From Bacteroidales bacterium (GTDB lineage Bacteria > Bacteroidota > Bacteroidia > Bacteroidales > DASVHX01), in the NCBI GenBank assembly GCA_038246075.1, contig JBBRRV010000001.1:20008-84007 (forward strand): DNA of 64,000 nucleotides, given 5' to 3'. The notes beneath the pieces were generated by a model. The model was not told where the DNA came from. It did not search any database and was given only the letters and a program-made list of their open reading frames with translations. Positions 39,945-49,886 of this stretch are shown one piece after another. Numbering within the stretch: position 1 is the stretch's first letter; each line of letters starts with the position of its first letter. Both the position numbers and the translations under genes were made by a program.

Positions 39945-42095
39945 CTATTTCCGCATATCGAGCATGATCCGGAGCATTTTAACGGCTGCATCCGGAATGA
40001 CGGTGCCAGGGCCGAAAATGGCCAGTGCACCTGCTTTATAAAGGAAATCGTAATCCTGGTGAGGGATAACACCTCCCACAATGACCATGATATCCTCCCG
40101 TCCGAGAGCTTTGAGCTCAGCGATTACCTGGGGAACAAGTGTTTTGTGTCCTGCGGCAAGGCTGGACACGCCCAGTACATGCACATCGTTTTCCACAGCT
40201 TGTTTTGCTGCTTCGGCAGGCGTCTGAAACAGGGGACCTATATCTACATCAAATCCTATATCGGCATAACCGGTAGCTACTACTTTGGCACCACGGTCGT
40301 GGCCATCCTGCCCCATTTTGGCGATCATAATACGTGGACGACGCCCTTCCAGACGTGCAAATTCATCAGCCATTTCACAGGCTTTCTTAAACAGGCTGTC
40401 ATCTTTGGATTCAGATGAATAGACGCCTGAAATGGATCTTATCACAGCTTTATATCTCCCATAGGTTACTTCTAATGCAGATGAAATTTCACCCAGTGAT
40501 GCACGTTTGCGTGCTGCGTCGATGGCTAGTTCCAGCAGATTGCCTTCGCCGCTTTCGGCAGCATGCGTGAGGGCGTAAAGTGCATGTTCAACTTCCATAG
40601 GATTGCGCTCAGCTTTAAGCTTGGCAAGCCGGAGGAGCTGTGATTCACGAACGGCGGTGTTATCGACTTCAAGCGTATCGATGGGGTCTTCCTTTACCAT
40701 GCGGTATTTGTTCACGCCAACGATGGTGTCGCGACCGGCGTCGATGCGTGCCTGTTTGCGGGCTGCAGCTTCCTCAATGCGCATCTTGGGAATACCCGTT
40801 TCAATTGCTTTGGCCATGCCACCAAGGGCTTCAACCTCTTCGATGAGCTTCCACGCCTTGTGTGCAATTTCATGCGTGAGCGTTTCTATATAATATGAAC
40901 CTGCCCATGGATCAACGGCTTTACAGATATTTGTCTCCTCCTGCAGGTAAATCTGGGTATTGCGGGCTATGCGGGCCGAGAAATCGGTTGGCAGGGCTAT
41001 GGCTTCATCCAGGGCGTTGGTGTGCAGACTCTGCGTATGACCAAGTGTAGCAGCAAGTGCTTCCACGCAGGTACGGGTTACGTTATTATAGGGGTCCTGT
41101 TCCGTAAGGCTCCATCCCGATGTCTGGGAGTGTGTGCGAAGAGCTAGGGATTTGGGATCTTTCGGATTGAACTGCTTCACGATCTTGGCCCATAACATGC
41201 GGGCGGCGCGTAGTTTGGCAATTTCCATGAAGTGATTCATGCCAATACCCCAGAAGAAGGAGAGGCGGGGGGCAAATGCATCTACGGCTATGCCGGCTTT
41301 TATCCCGGTACGCAGGTATTCAAGCCCGTCGGCAAGGGTATAGGCCAGTTCGATATCAGCAGTGGCACCTGCTTCCTGCATGTGGTAGCCACTAATGCTG
41401 ATAGAATTAAACTTTTTCATGTGCCGTGAAGTGAACTCGAAAATATCGGCGATGATTTTCATGGATGGCAACGGTGGATAGATGTATGTGTTGCGCACCA
41501 TAAATTCCTTCAGGATATCATTCTGGATGGTTCCACTGAGTTGGTCGAGCGGCACGCCCTGTTCCTCGGCAGCAACAATGTAAAAAGCCAGGATAGGCAA
41601 TACGGCACCATTCATGGTCATGGAAACCGACATTTTATCCAGCGGAATCTGGTCGAAGAGAATCTTCATATCCAGGATAGAATCAATGGCTACACCAGCC
41701 TTGCCAACATCGCCCACAACACGGGGGTGATCAGAATCGTAACCGCGGTGTGTTGCCAGGTCAAAAGCGACCGAAAGTCCCATTTGCCCTGCGGCTAGGT
41801 TGCGCCGGTAGAAAGCGTTTGATTCCTCTGCCGTTGAAAATCCGGCATATTGCCTGATGGTCCATGGTTTCATCACGTACATGGTGGAATATGGACCGCG
41901 AAGAAACGGCTGGATTCCGGCAGCATAGTGCAGATGTTCCAGCGGGCGGAGATCGCTTTTGTAATAAACAGGTTTTACGGTAATCTGTTCCGTGGTGAGC
42001 CAGCTTTCTTCACTCCCTGCTTCATCTTCCTGTTCTTCTGGGGAAACGGATTTGGCCAGGACTTTGAAATCGTTATCCTTGAAAATTGGTCGCAT
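39945..42095 (-). CDS. mutB: methylmalonyl-CoA mutase large (catalytic, B12-binding) subunit
   Basis: 716 aa. Mutase TIM-barrel motifs ([18 protein letters not shown]) and a C-terminal cobalamin-binding DxHxxG ([10 protein letters not shown]). Confidence 0.95.
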   Translation of the reverse strand: MRPIFKDNDFKVLAKSVSPEEQEDEAGSEESWLTTEQITVKPVYYKSDLRPLEHLHYAAGIQPFLRGPYSTMYVMKPWTIRQYAGFSTAEESNAFYRRNLAAGQMGLSVAFDLATHRGYDSDHPRVVGDVGKAGVAIDSILDMKILFDQIPLDKMSVSMTMNGAVLPILAFYIVAAEEQGVPLDQLSGTIQNDILKEFMVRNTYIYPPLPSMKIIADIFEFTSRHMKKFNSISISGYHMQEAGATADIELAYTLADGLEYLRTGIKAGIAVDAFAPRLSFFWGIGMNHFMEIAKLRAARMLWAKIVKQFNPKDPKSLALRTHSQTSGWSLTEQDPYNNVTRTCVEALAATLGHTQSLHTNALDEAIALPTDFSARIARNTQIYLQEETNICKAVDPWAGSYYIETLTHEIAHKAWKLIEEVEALGGMAKAIETGIPKMRIEEAAARKQARIDAGRDTIVGVNKYRMVKEDPIDTLEVDNTAVRESQLLRLAKLKAERNPMEVEHALYALTHAAESGEGNLLELAIDAARKRASLGEISSALEVTYGRYKAVIRSISGVYSSESKDDSLFKKACEMADEFARLEGRRPRIMIAKMGQDGHDRGAKVVATGYADIGFDVDIGPLFQTPAEAAKQAVENDVHVLGVSSLAAGHKTLVPQVIAELKALGREDIMVIVGGVIPHQDYDFLYKAGALAIFGPGTVIPDAAVKMLRIMLDMRK

Positions 42096-42169
42096 AGGTA
42101 TAATTTTCAGTTGTTTTAATCAGTGTTTTATTTTCCGGATTCCCCGGGTATTCAAGGTCATGCTTTGGA

Positions 42170-44068
42170 TTAAGAAGTAACCCCAAGTTTTACGTTCATT
42201 TTCTGAAGGAATTCGAGGAGGTTGGAGCGCAGGTGAATAAAATCATCCACACCCGATGCTTTCAATTGGTCCATGATATCCTTTGGGGACCCGGCAACAA
42301 GCAGATTGATTTCAGGTTCTGCGCCCTTTAGCCCAATGGCTAAAACCGGAACTATCACCGCATATTCTTCGTCCGAACTGCAAATAACGATGATTTCAGC
42401 TTTTGAAGCCAGTGCGGCTTTGATGGCTTCATCGGTTGTTGCAAAACCGGTATTGTCGATAATCTGATATCCGGCACAGCCAAAGAAATTGCTGCTGAAT
42501 GCCGCTCTTGCTTTGCGCATAGCCAGATTGCCCATGGTAAGCATAAAGACTGAGGGCCGTTTATTTCCGGCATCCACATGAATTTCTGTAGCCAGGCGAA
42601 GGTCTTCGAAGGCATCCGACAGCCTGTGCAGAATCAGCTTTTTGATCGGGGTGGGTGCCTCTTCTTTAGCATCGGCTACCAGGGTCTCGGACTGAATTTT
42701 ATCTAGCATGAACTCTCCCGGATTTGGATGATGGTTGGTCCCCAGTACAACAGTGCGGCGAGTGGCAACATCGGCTTGTTTACGGGCAGCCGCCTGCTCA
42801 ACTTCATCCTGCACATACCCGCTATGAATGGCTTCAATCATTCCGCCCTTATCTTCAATATTCAGGAATAATGCCCATGCAGCATTTGCAATAGAGGCGG
42901 TTATGTTTTCGATATAATATGAACCTGCAGAAGGATCAATAACCTTGTCGAGGTAGCTTTCTTCTTTGAGGATAATTTGCTGGTTTCGGGCGATGCGTTT
43001 CGAAAACTCGTCCGATTCCTTATAGAAGGTGTCAAATGGATTTATACTCAGGGAGTCGGTACCGCCAATAGCGGCCGACATAGCTTCGGTGGTGCTGCGC
43101 AACAGGTTAACATAAGGATCATAGATCGTCTTATTCCATCCCGACGCAGAACTGTGGATATGCATCTTTGCAGCATTGTCGCTTTCAGCGTTGTAGTGTT
43201 TTACGATATGTGCCCATAACAGGCGTGCTGCCCTTAAGCGCGCTATCTCAATAAAATAGGATGAACCAATTGAAAAAGAAAACTGAATATGCGGTGCGGT
43301 CACAGCGGCATTAAGACCCTTGTCGTTGAGGGCTGCGAGGTATTCGTTTCCCGAGGCAAGGCTGAATGCCAGTTCCTGTACCGCAGTACTGCCTGCGTTA
43401 CGGAAATAACTGCCATTAACCGATAAAACACGTAATCCCGGAAATTCCTGGTTGGCACGCTCAATAAGTGCCGAAGCTTCGGTCATGTTCTTCTCGGGAG
43501 TCATATAGAAATGCCCGTGCAGCAATGCAAAACTGATGGGGTCAAAATCGAGAGAGCCTTTTAGCTGTTTGGCGTCGAATGCTGATGTATGCAAATATTC
43601 GCTCAGATAATCGAGCAATTTAGGATAGGAAGCAGCAGAATGCAGGTGAATACTGGTCTTGGAAAGATCAATATTTTTGAATAACAAAGCAAAATCAGCT
43701 GCCGCACGAATATTGCCCGCATCGAAACCGATGGCAGTGGCCCCACGCGAAATGGCGTCAACGGCCTCTGTATTGGCTGAATTCAGGCCGGTAGTATCAA
43801 TATCCTGGCGAATGAGCCATGCATTACCCTTGGCATGCGTGCCACCGGTGAATGGCCAACTGCCCGGCTTTCCCTCCAGCCATTTCAATTGGTCAAGGTC
43901 TTCGCTACGGTAGTAAGGCTTTAACATAAATCCTTCCTCTGTTCTCCAAATGAGTTTTTTATCATAATCGGCGCCTTTCAGGTCCTGGAAAATCTTGGCT
44001 TCCCACTCCTGCGTAGTTACCGGTGGAAACTCTGAAAAAAGGCTCTTCTCTTTGCTTGTCTGATCCAT
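42170..44068 (-). CDS. mutA: methylmalonyl-CoA mutase small subunit
   Basis: Mutase-fold similarity (WAHIVKHY, IARNQQIILKEES). The C-terminal Rossmann-like domain lacks the DxHxxG histidine. It lies immediately upstream of mutB. I prefer start ATG 44068 (MDQTSKEKSLFSEF...). Confidence 0.85.
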   Translation of the reverse strand: MDQTSKEKSLFSEFPPVTTQEWEAKIFQDLKGADYDKKLIWRTEEGFMLKPYYRSEDLDQLKWLEGKPGSWPFTGGTHAKGNAWLIRQDIDTTGLNSANTEAVDAISRGATAIGFDAGNIRAAADFALLFKNIDLSKTSIHLHSAASYPKLLDYLSEYLHTSAFDAKQLKGSLDFDPISFALLHGHFYMTPEKNMTEASALIERANQEFPGLRVLSVNGSYFRNAGSTAVQELAFSLASGNEYLAALNDKGLNAAVTAPHIQFSFSIGSSYFIEIARLRAARLLWAHIVKHYNAESDNAAKMHIHSSASGWNKTIYDPYVNLLRSTTEAMSAAIGGTDSLSINPFDTFYKESDEFSKRIARNQQIILKEESYLDKVIDPSAGSYYIENITASIANAAWALFLNIEDKGGMIEAIHSGYVQDEVEQAAARKQADVATRRTVVLGTNHHPNPGEFMLDKIQSETLVADAKEEAPTPIKKLILHRLSDAFEDLRLATEIHVDAGNKRPSVFMLTMGNLAMRKARAAFSSNFFGCAGYQIIDNTGFATTDEAIKAALASKAEIIVICSSDEEYAVIVPVLAIGLKGAEPEINLLVAGSPKDIMDQLKASGVDDFIHLRSNLLEFLQKMNVKLGVTS

Positions 44069-44465
44069 ACTGTAAATCTTTGAGATTGCCCGATGCTCTG
44101 GAAGTAATCTTCTACGGGAGCATATCGGGGTCATATTATCCTGCAAAGGTAAAATAATACTGGATATACTGTTTTGTGACAGATATGTTTATAATCTGCA
44201 GATGAATAAAAAGTTACTATGCAGCATTTCAGGAATATAGTCAGGAATACATGAAGTACTTAACTGATATATCTCAAGGATAATGATTTTAAACAATAAA
44301 ATAACTTAATTTAGGTACCCGAAAATGCCGCTGACACAGGGTATATTATGTAAAGACATATTCCTGGAAAGGAAGGTGGCGTTTGTCAGATTTTAGATTC
44401 AGTAAACCAGAGATAAAAAACAAATTACGTCAAATAGGGTTTTAGTATAGTTAAGAGATTTAAAT

Positions 44466-45326
44466 ATGCGAATAGTTATCTGCGGGGCAAATGGTTTTAT
44501 TGGCCGCAAACTTAGAGTTGCTATGCAGCGCAGAAAATGGGAGATAATTCCGCTCGGACGTGCTGATTTTGAAAAAGGAACTGGTCACCTGGCGCGTAAA
44601 ATAAGTGGTGCAGATGTATTGGTGAATCTTGCCGGAGCACCTATTGTGCAGCGCTGGACGGAGAGTTATAAGCAGGAACTGCGCAACAGCCGCATCATTA
44701 CGACCCAAAGACTCGTTGATGCTTTGCGGATGACTGTTCAAATCCCTAAACTCTTTATCTCAACTTCGGCCATTGGGATTTATAGTTTAGCAGGAAGGCA
44801 TACTGAGCTCGTGTATACGCCGGCCGGCGATTTTATGGGCAAGCTATGTCAGGATTGGGAAGCTGAAGCAAAAGTTGCTGAAGCCTATACCCGTACAGTC
44901 ATTTTTAGGTTGGGGATCGTTCTGGCTGCTGAAGGTGGCGCATTACCGAAAATGTTACTGCCATTCAGACTCGGGATAGGGGGGAGAATTGGGAGTGGGA
45001 GACAGGGTTTTTCATGGATACACATCCGGGATCTGATTGCAGCTTATTTTTTCGTGATAGAAAACAGCCAGTTGAGTGGCACATTTAACCTCACTTCTCC
45101 TGAGCCTATTGACAATCTTACATTCACCAGGACCATTGCTCGCATCCTGCACCGTCCGGCATGGTTTGCTGTGCCTGTTTTTGTTTTGAAAATTATCTAT
45201 GGCGAAGGTTCAGCTGCTATTACCGGTGGACCGACTGTGTTGCCCGAAAGACTCATGAATTCAGGGTTTCAGTATAGTTTCCTAACGCTTGATGGTGCTT
45301 TGACGGACATTCTTAGCCAGAATTAA
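44466..45326 (+). CDS. TIGR01777-type NAD-dependent epimerase/dehydratase family protein (YfcH-like, DUF1731 C-terminus)
   Basis: MRIVICGANGFIGRKL Rossmann motif, about 286 aa, and a C-terminal PERLMNSGFQYSF segment. Confidence 0.75.
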   Translation: MRIVICGANGFIGRKLRVAMQRRKWEIIPLGRADFEKGTGHLARKISGADVLVNLAGAPIVQRWTESYKQELRNSRIITTQRLVDALRMTVQIPKLFISTSAIGIYSLAGRHTELVYTPAGDFMGKLCQDWEAEAKVAEAYTRTVIFRLGIVLAAEGGALPKMLLPFRLGIGGRIGSGRQGFSWIHIRDLIAAYFFVIENSQLSGTFNLTSPEPIDNLTFTRTIARILHRPAWFAVPVFVLKIIYGEGSAAITGGPTVLPERLMNSGFQYSFLTLDGALTDILSQN

Positions 45327-45452
45327 ATTGTCGGATTCATGCAACTTCCTGTCGGAAATTTTGAGTTATTCTTTCTGGATTCATTAATTTAACTTATTTG
45401 CAGGATAAACCCTTTTACAGGATACTACAGTTTAATTTGTAAACAGTGACAG

Positions 45453-46361
45453 ATGCAAAACGATAAAAACCTCAGCCTGACGCGCATCGGAATATTTTTT
45501 GATGGCAATTATTTCCTTCATGTAAGCAATTATTATAATTACTTTCACCCCAGGAGGAGCCGCCTAAGCGTTTCAGGCCTGAGCCAGTTTATACGCAAAC
45601 AGGTGGCCAGGGAAGAAGGGAAATCGGAAAGCCTCATTCAGATCGTGGATGCGCATTTCTTCAGGGGAAGGCTCTATGCCTCCGAAGCAAGCCAGAAAGG
45701 CAAACAACTGTTTTACGACCGTGTTTTCGACGATATCCTTATGTCCGAAGGTGTTACTACGCACTATCTGCCGGTGAAAACCGTTTCGGGGGTTAAGCAG
45801 GAAAAAGGCATTGATGTATGGCTGGCGCTTGAAGCCTTTGAGCTGGCTTTCTACAAACATTTTGATGTGCTGGTGCTCATCGCGGCCGATGGTGACTATG
45901 TTCCCCTCGTGCGTAAGCTCAACACGCTGGGCACACGTGTGATGATCCTGGGCTGGCAGTTTGAATATACCAACAATGAAGGTCAGGAAATGTCGACCGG
46001 TACTTCACAGGATCTGTTTGATGAAGCTACCTATCCGCTGGCGATGCACGAACTCGTTGAAAACGGCCTGAAACAGAACCTTCCGATCTTCAACAACCTT
46101 TTCGTAAAATCGGTTGGCCGGCGTGAGGCTGCTAAACCTGTCAAAGGCGGAGACCAGAAAACAAAAAAGAGTACCATCCAAAATCTGAAAAAAGGATATG
46201 GATTTATAAAACATAGTCCTCAAAACCTGTTCTTCTATTATCAGAGCCTTGTGGGTACTGACTTTAACGATCTGCGTGAAGGTGATAAAGTAGCTTTTGA
46301 CATCGACAAGAATGACAAGGGCGAACCTATTGCCATTAATGTTCGGTTATTGGAAAGTTAA
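45453..46361 (+). CDS. NYN (LabA-like PIN-fold) domain protein fused to a C-terminal cold-shock (OB) domain
   Basis: The N-terminal 180 aa carry IGIFFDGNY...EKGIDVWLALEAFE...VLIAADGDYVPLVRKL..GTRV, the acidic residues characteristic of NYN. The C-terminus KKGYGFIKHSPQNLFFYYQSL...EGDKVAFDI..NDKGEPIAINV is CSD-like. Confidence 0.75.
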   Translation: MQNDKNLSLTRIGIFFDGNYFLHVSNYYNYFHPRRSRLSVSGLSQFIRKQVAREEGKSESLIQIVDAHFFRGRLYASEASQKGKQLFYDRVFDDILMSEGVTTHYLPVKTVSGVKQEKGIDVWLALEAFELAFYKHFDVLVLIAADGDYVPLVRKLNTLGTRVMILGWQFEYTNNEGQEMSTGTSQDLFDEATYPLAMHELVENGLKQNLPIFNNLFVKSVGRREAAKPVKGGDQKTKKSTIQNLKKGYGFIKHSPQNLFFYYQSLVGTDFNDLREGDKVAFDIDKNDKGEPIAINVRLLES

Positions 46362-46574
46362 TCAGTATAAGGCATTAGGCAAAAGGCATTAGGCAAAAGG
46401 CAATAGGCATTAACTAATATGCAGCAAGCCCGGTATTAAAAAACGGGCACACTTTCATAAACAACGCGATATTAGAAAACCAACTCCAGGCACTCTAGGC
46501 ACTCCCAACTCTAGGCACTCCATTTAGGCACTTTAGGCACTCCCAACTCTAGGCACTCCATTTAGGCACTTCTT
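46362..46574. repeat. Composite intergenic tandem-repeat block: AGGCAWW heptamers, then a (T)AGGCACT array with an internal 33-bp duplication
   Basis: AAGGCATTAGGCAAAAGGCATTAGGCAAAAGGCAATAGGCAT lies at 46369-46411, and CCAACTCCAGGCACTCTAGGCACTCCCAACTCTAGGCACTCCATTTAGGCACTTTAGGCACTCCCAACTCTAGGCACTCCATTTAGGCACT at 46480-46570. The layout is the same as 4756-4997. Confidence 0.9.
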
Positions 46575-48737
46575 TTACTCCACCAGCGTCATTTCATCCA
46601 CCAGTCGCCTGGCTCCTGCAAATTTATCGATGATAAAGAGGCAATAGCGGATATCGAGTGTAATGTTCCGGCATTGATCAGGGTCATACATCAGGTCGCT
46701 CATGGTTCCTTCCCAGTTGCGGTCAAAGTTGAGGCCGATCAGTTCACCGTCGGCATTCAGCACCGGGCTCCCTGAGTTTCCACCGGTTGTGTGGTTACTG
46801 GCTATAAATGCCACATGCATGCTGCCATCCTTATCGCCGTAAGCACCCCAGTCACGGGTTTTGTATAGTTCCTTTAATTTAGGTTCCACGACATAATCAT
46901 AGATATCCGGATTTTCTTTCTGCATGATGCCCTCGAGGGTTGTGAAGTAATTGTAATGCACTGCATCTGCCGGGGTATAGTCGGCAACTTTGCCATAGGC
47001 TACACGCAAGGTTGAATTGGCATCAGGGTAGAATTGTCTGCCAGGCTGAAATTCCATGAGGCCCAGCATATAAATTCGCTGCACGCTGTCGATATGGGTT
47101 TCCAAAGCAGCCACCTGATTTTTTAGATGATCCTTGTATAGGTTGTAGATGCTTTCGGCCAGTTGAAAAGCAGGATCTTTTTCAATGGATTTGTACTTTG
47201 ACGCTTTATAACCTGCGAGGAAAGCCGTTAGTTTATCCGCTGATGCGAAGATGGATTTTCCATAAACATCATCAGCATAGGCCTCGAAATTGCCCTTGTA
47301 CTTTTGATCTGCCAGGTTCAGGATAGCAGGCTGCAATGCAGGATCCAGACCCTTGTGGTACAACCCGAGCAGTGCGGCGAAAACCTTACGGTCAACGGTG
47401 GCATTGTAGTTTTTGAAGAATCCGGCAGATGAATTCTTCAATTGCTCCAGTGTTTTAGCAATGTCCTCGGGTTTGGAATCCTTATTTTTACTTTGCACAA
47501 GCAGGCCGTTGAAACTATAGGCAAACCGGACAATTTCCACACCAAGTCCGGCTTCTGTAACATAATTTGCAGCAATATTCAGTGGTGTTAACCTGGCATA
47601 ATCCTGTTGAAAAGCAGCAATAAGGCCACCATATTTTTGTTTACGGACTTCATCGGCATTTGCCCATGTATTGAAACCGGCTTCGAGTTGCTGCTTTTTG
47701 TGGATGGCATCCAGGCGTTTGATGCCGCGGCTTTCGCCGATCATCTTTTTCCAGTAATTAGCCACACCGGCATATTTAGCTGAATATTGTATCCTTACGA
47801 GGGGAGATGCATTCATGGCCTGTTCCATGATCTCAAGGCGGGTTTGCCTTAAGAGCACAGATCTGGGATTCTCATCCTCCGAGATCATTTTCACTGCAAA
47901 GGATGGCAGATATTCCTGTGTAGTGCCGGGGTAACCAAAAACAAATGTAAAATCGTCCTTCACAACACCTTTGAGTGAAACCTTCAGATGCGATTTTGGG
48001 GTATAGGGGACATTATCTTTTGAATACTCAGCAGGTTCATTGTTTTTGTTGGCATAGATGCGAAACACCGAAAAATCGCCGGTATGCCGCGGCCACATCC
48101 AGTTGTCGGTATCGCCGCCGAATTTGCCGATATTCGATGGTGGGGCACCCACCAGGCGCACATCGGAAAAGGTTTCATTGATGAAAAGATAATAAGCGTT
48201 ACCATAATAGAAGGGCTTAACCTTTGCTGTGTAATGTGTACCTGCTGTTGCTTTCTTAACAATGGCCTGAATATTTAAATCAATCATTGATTCGCGGTCG
48301 CTCTGGCGCATGGTAGGCGTAACACCCTGAAGTGCCTGAACCGTAACATCAGCCATGCTGATGAGCAGTGTAACCGACAAACCTGCATTTGGAAGTTCTT
48401 CACCCAGGTTGTTGGCCCAAAAACCATTCGTAAGATAATCCTGTTCCAGTGAACTGTGTTTTTGGATGGCACTGTATCCACAATGGTGATTGGTGAGCAC
48501 CAGTCCTTTATCCGAAACGATTTCAGCAGTACAGCCTCCTCCAAAGAGCAGTATGGCATCTTTCAGACTTGAATGGTTAATGCTGTATATGTCTTCAGCT
48601 GATATGCGCATGCCCATGCTCTTCATGTCACTTTCATTCATTTGCTGCAACAACATGGGCAACCATATGCCTTCTTTAGCGGAAGCCCTGAAAATGGTAA
48701 AACTGGCAAGCAGGATCAGGAAATAAGTTCTCTTCAT
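46575..48737 (-). CDS. S46 family serine dipeptidyl-peptidase (DPP7/DPP11-like)
   Basis: Signal peptide followed by EGIWLP, catalytic-His region GLVLTNHHCGY, and catalytic-Ser region TTGGNSGSPV. Length 720 aa. Confidence 0.9.
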   Translation of the reverse strand: MKRTYFLILLASFTIFRASAKEGIWLPMLLQQMNESDMKSMGMRISAEDIYSINHSSLKDAILLFGGGCTAEIVSDKGLVLTNHHCGYSAIQKHSSLEQDYLTNGFWANNLGEELPNAGLSVTLLISMADVTVQALQGVTPTMRQSDRESMIDLNIQAIVKKATAGTHYTAKVKPFYYGNAYYLFINETFSDVRLVGAPPSNIGKFGGDTDNWMWPRHTGDFSVFRIYANKNNEPAEYSKDNVPYTPKSHLKVSLKGVVKDDFTFVFGYPGTTQEYLPSFAVKMISEDENPRSVLLRQTRLEIMEQAMNASPLVRIQYSAKYAGVANYWKKMIGESRGIKRLDAIHKKQQLEAGFNTWANADEVRKQKYGGLIAAFQQDYARLTPLNIAANYVTEAGLGVEIVRFAYSFNGLLVQSKNKDSKPEDIAKTLEQLKNSSAGFFKNYNATVDRKVFAALLGLYHKGLDPALQPAILNLADQKYKGNFEAYADDVYGKSIFASADKLTAFLAGYKASKYKSIEKDPAFQLAESIYNLYKDHLKNQVAALETHIDSVQRIYMLGLMEFQPGRQFYPDANSTLRVAYGKVADYTPADAVHYNYFTTLEGIMQKENPDIYDYVVEPKLKELYKTRDWGAYGDKDGSMHVAFIASNHTTGGNSGSPVLNADGELIGLNFDRNWEGTMSDLMYDPDQCRNITLDIRYCLFIIDKFAGARRLVDEMTLVE

Positions 48738-48863
48738 GGAATTAGGTTTGGAAAGTATGTAATTTCAGGATGTTGTGTTGTAGTTGTTTATTAGATTAAT
48801 AACAAGATAGCAATTTTTAATAATGGTACCGTGTTGCGGATGCCGGGCCGTTTATTAGGAAAA

Positions 48864-48933
48864 CACGTCCCTCGCCCCACGTCCCTCGACCCACGGCCCT
48901 CGCCCCACGTCCCCCGACCCACGTCCCTCGACC
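48864..48933. repeat. Five tandem 14-bp units CACG(T/G)CCC(T/C)CG(C/A)CC; minus strand is G-tract rich
   Basis: Read directly, unit by unit (48864-77, 78-91, 92-905, 906-19, 920-33). The array lies between the ridA stop codon and the start of the S46 peptidase gene. Confidence 0.95.
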
Positions 48934-48953
48934 CTTCTATGGTGGTCATCTTT

Positions 48954-49331
48954 TTACTTTACAGCAATCGTCTCAATTTCAATCAGTGCTCCAAGGGGAA
49001 GCCTCACAACACCAAAAGCAGCACGGGCGGGATTGTCATGTGTATAATAACTCCCGAACACCTCATTCATGGCAGCAAAGTTGTCCATGTCGCTGAGCAG
49101 GCAAACCGATTTCACAACATCCCCGTAGGTATAGCCGGCAGCTTCAAGAATGGCGCCGATATTTTTCATCACTTGCCCGGTTTGTTCCTTAATGCCACCT
49201 TCAACCAGTTTCCCCGTGGCAGGATCAATGGGTATCTGTCCTGATACATAGAGTGTTCCGTTAGCTTCTACTGCCTGGCTGTAGGGGCCAATCGCTTTGG
49301 GTGCATTTGCTGTGTAAATGATCTTCTTCAT
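48954..49331 (-). CDS. ridA: RidA family reactive-intermediate (enamine/imine) deaminase
   Basis: MKKIIYTANAPKAIGPYSQAV...GTLYVSGQIP...RAAFGVVRLPLGALIEIE. I prefer ATG 49331 over the start at 49370 given in the ORF track. Confidence 0.9.
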   Translation of the reverse strand: MKKIIYTANAPKAIGPYSQAVEANGTLYVSGQIPIDPATGKLVEGGIKEQTGQVMKNIGAILEAAGYTYGDVVKSVCLLSDMDNFAAMNEVFGSYYTHDNPARAAFGVVRLPLGALIEIETIAVK

Positions 49332-49886
49332 GATGATGTCGTTTTTATAAGGTTCATTATGTCCGGTCAAAAGTACAAAAGTAAACGCTCACGGGTGTTT
49401 ATTTTGCGGCCGGATGTTTATTTTCAGGAATACTTCGCATTCTGATTAATAATTGTAAGTTTACAGTTTTTAACTCCTTTTTGCAACAGGAAGGATGTAA
49501 AATAATCAATACAATTTTCTCTGCCCGTATACTATTAAAGCTCGTCTTGCCCGTACTTTTAAATAGATTGATCATCAGTGGGAACAGCGCGAAGATAGCG
49601 TATGATTTCATTTAAGATCAATTATTTAGAGAATGAGTTTGCTCTCCGCCCGAAAATGATTTCTGGATTTCGCTGCTTGACCATAAATTAAAAAGTGAAT
49701 TCTTTCAATGCCTTGGTTCGCCTTGTGATTGGGCATTGAATCATTTTCAGCATAAATTTTCTGTCAATGGCGCTGCGATCAGGTCTCAATGCTTAACTTG
49801 CCTGCTTCAAATAATTGACAGTCAGACAAATAAAAATAATTGTATACAAAATTACATTTTCACTCTTTTGACCATTAATATATATC

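Noticed and set aside
44147-44465. Cobalamin riboswitch upstream of the methylmalonyl-CoA mutase operon
   Set aside because: The 319-bp region is AT-rich. It lacks a B12-box-like GC-rich core or the multi-stem architecture, and mutase genes are not typical riboswitch targets.
48831-49244. Plus-strand 137-aa ORF (MLRMPGRLLGKHVPRPTSLDPRPSPHVPRPTSLDP...)
   Set aside because: Its N-terminal part is just the translated 14-bp repeat array, and the rest is antisense to ridA.
49399-49611. Minus-strand 70-aa ORF in the long ridA/kinase spacer
   Set aside because: It has no signal, motif or plausible start context. I treat it as non-coding and report the gap itself as a finding instead.
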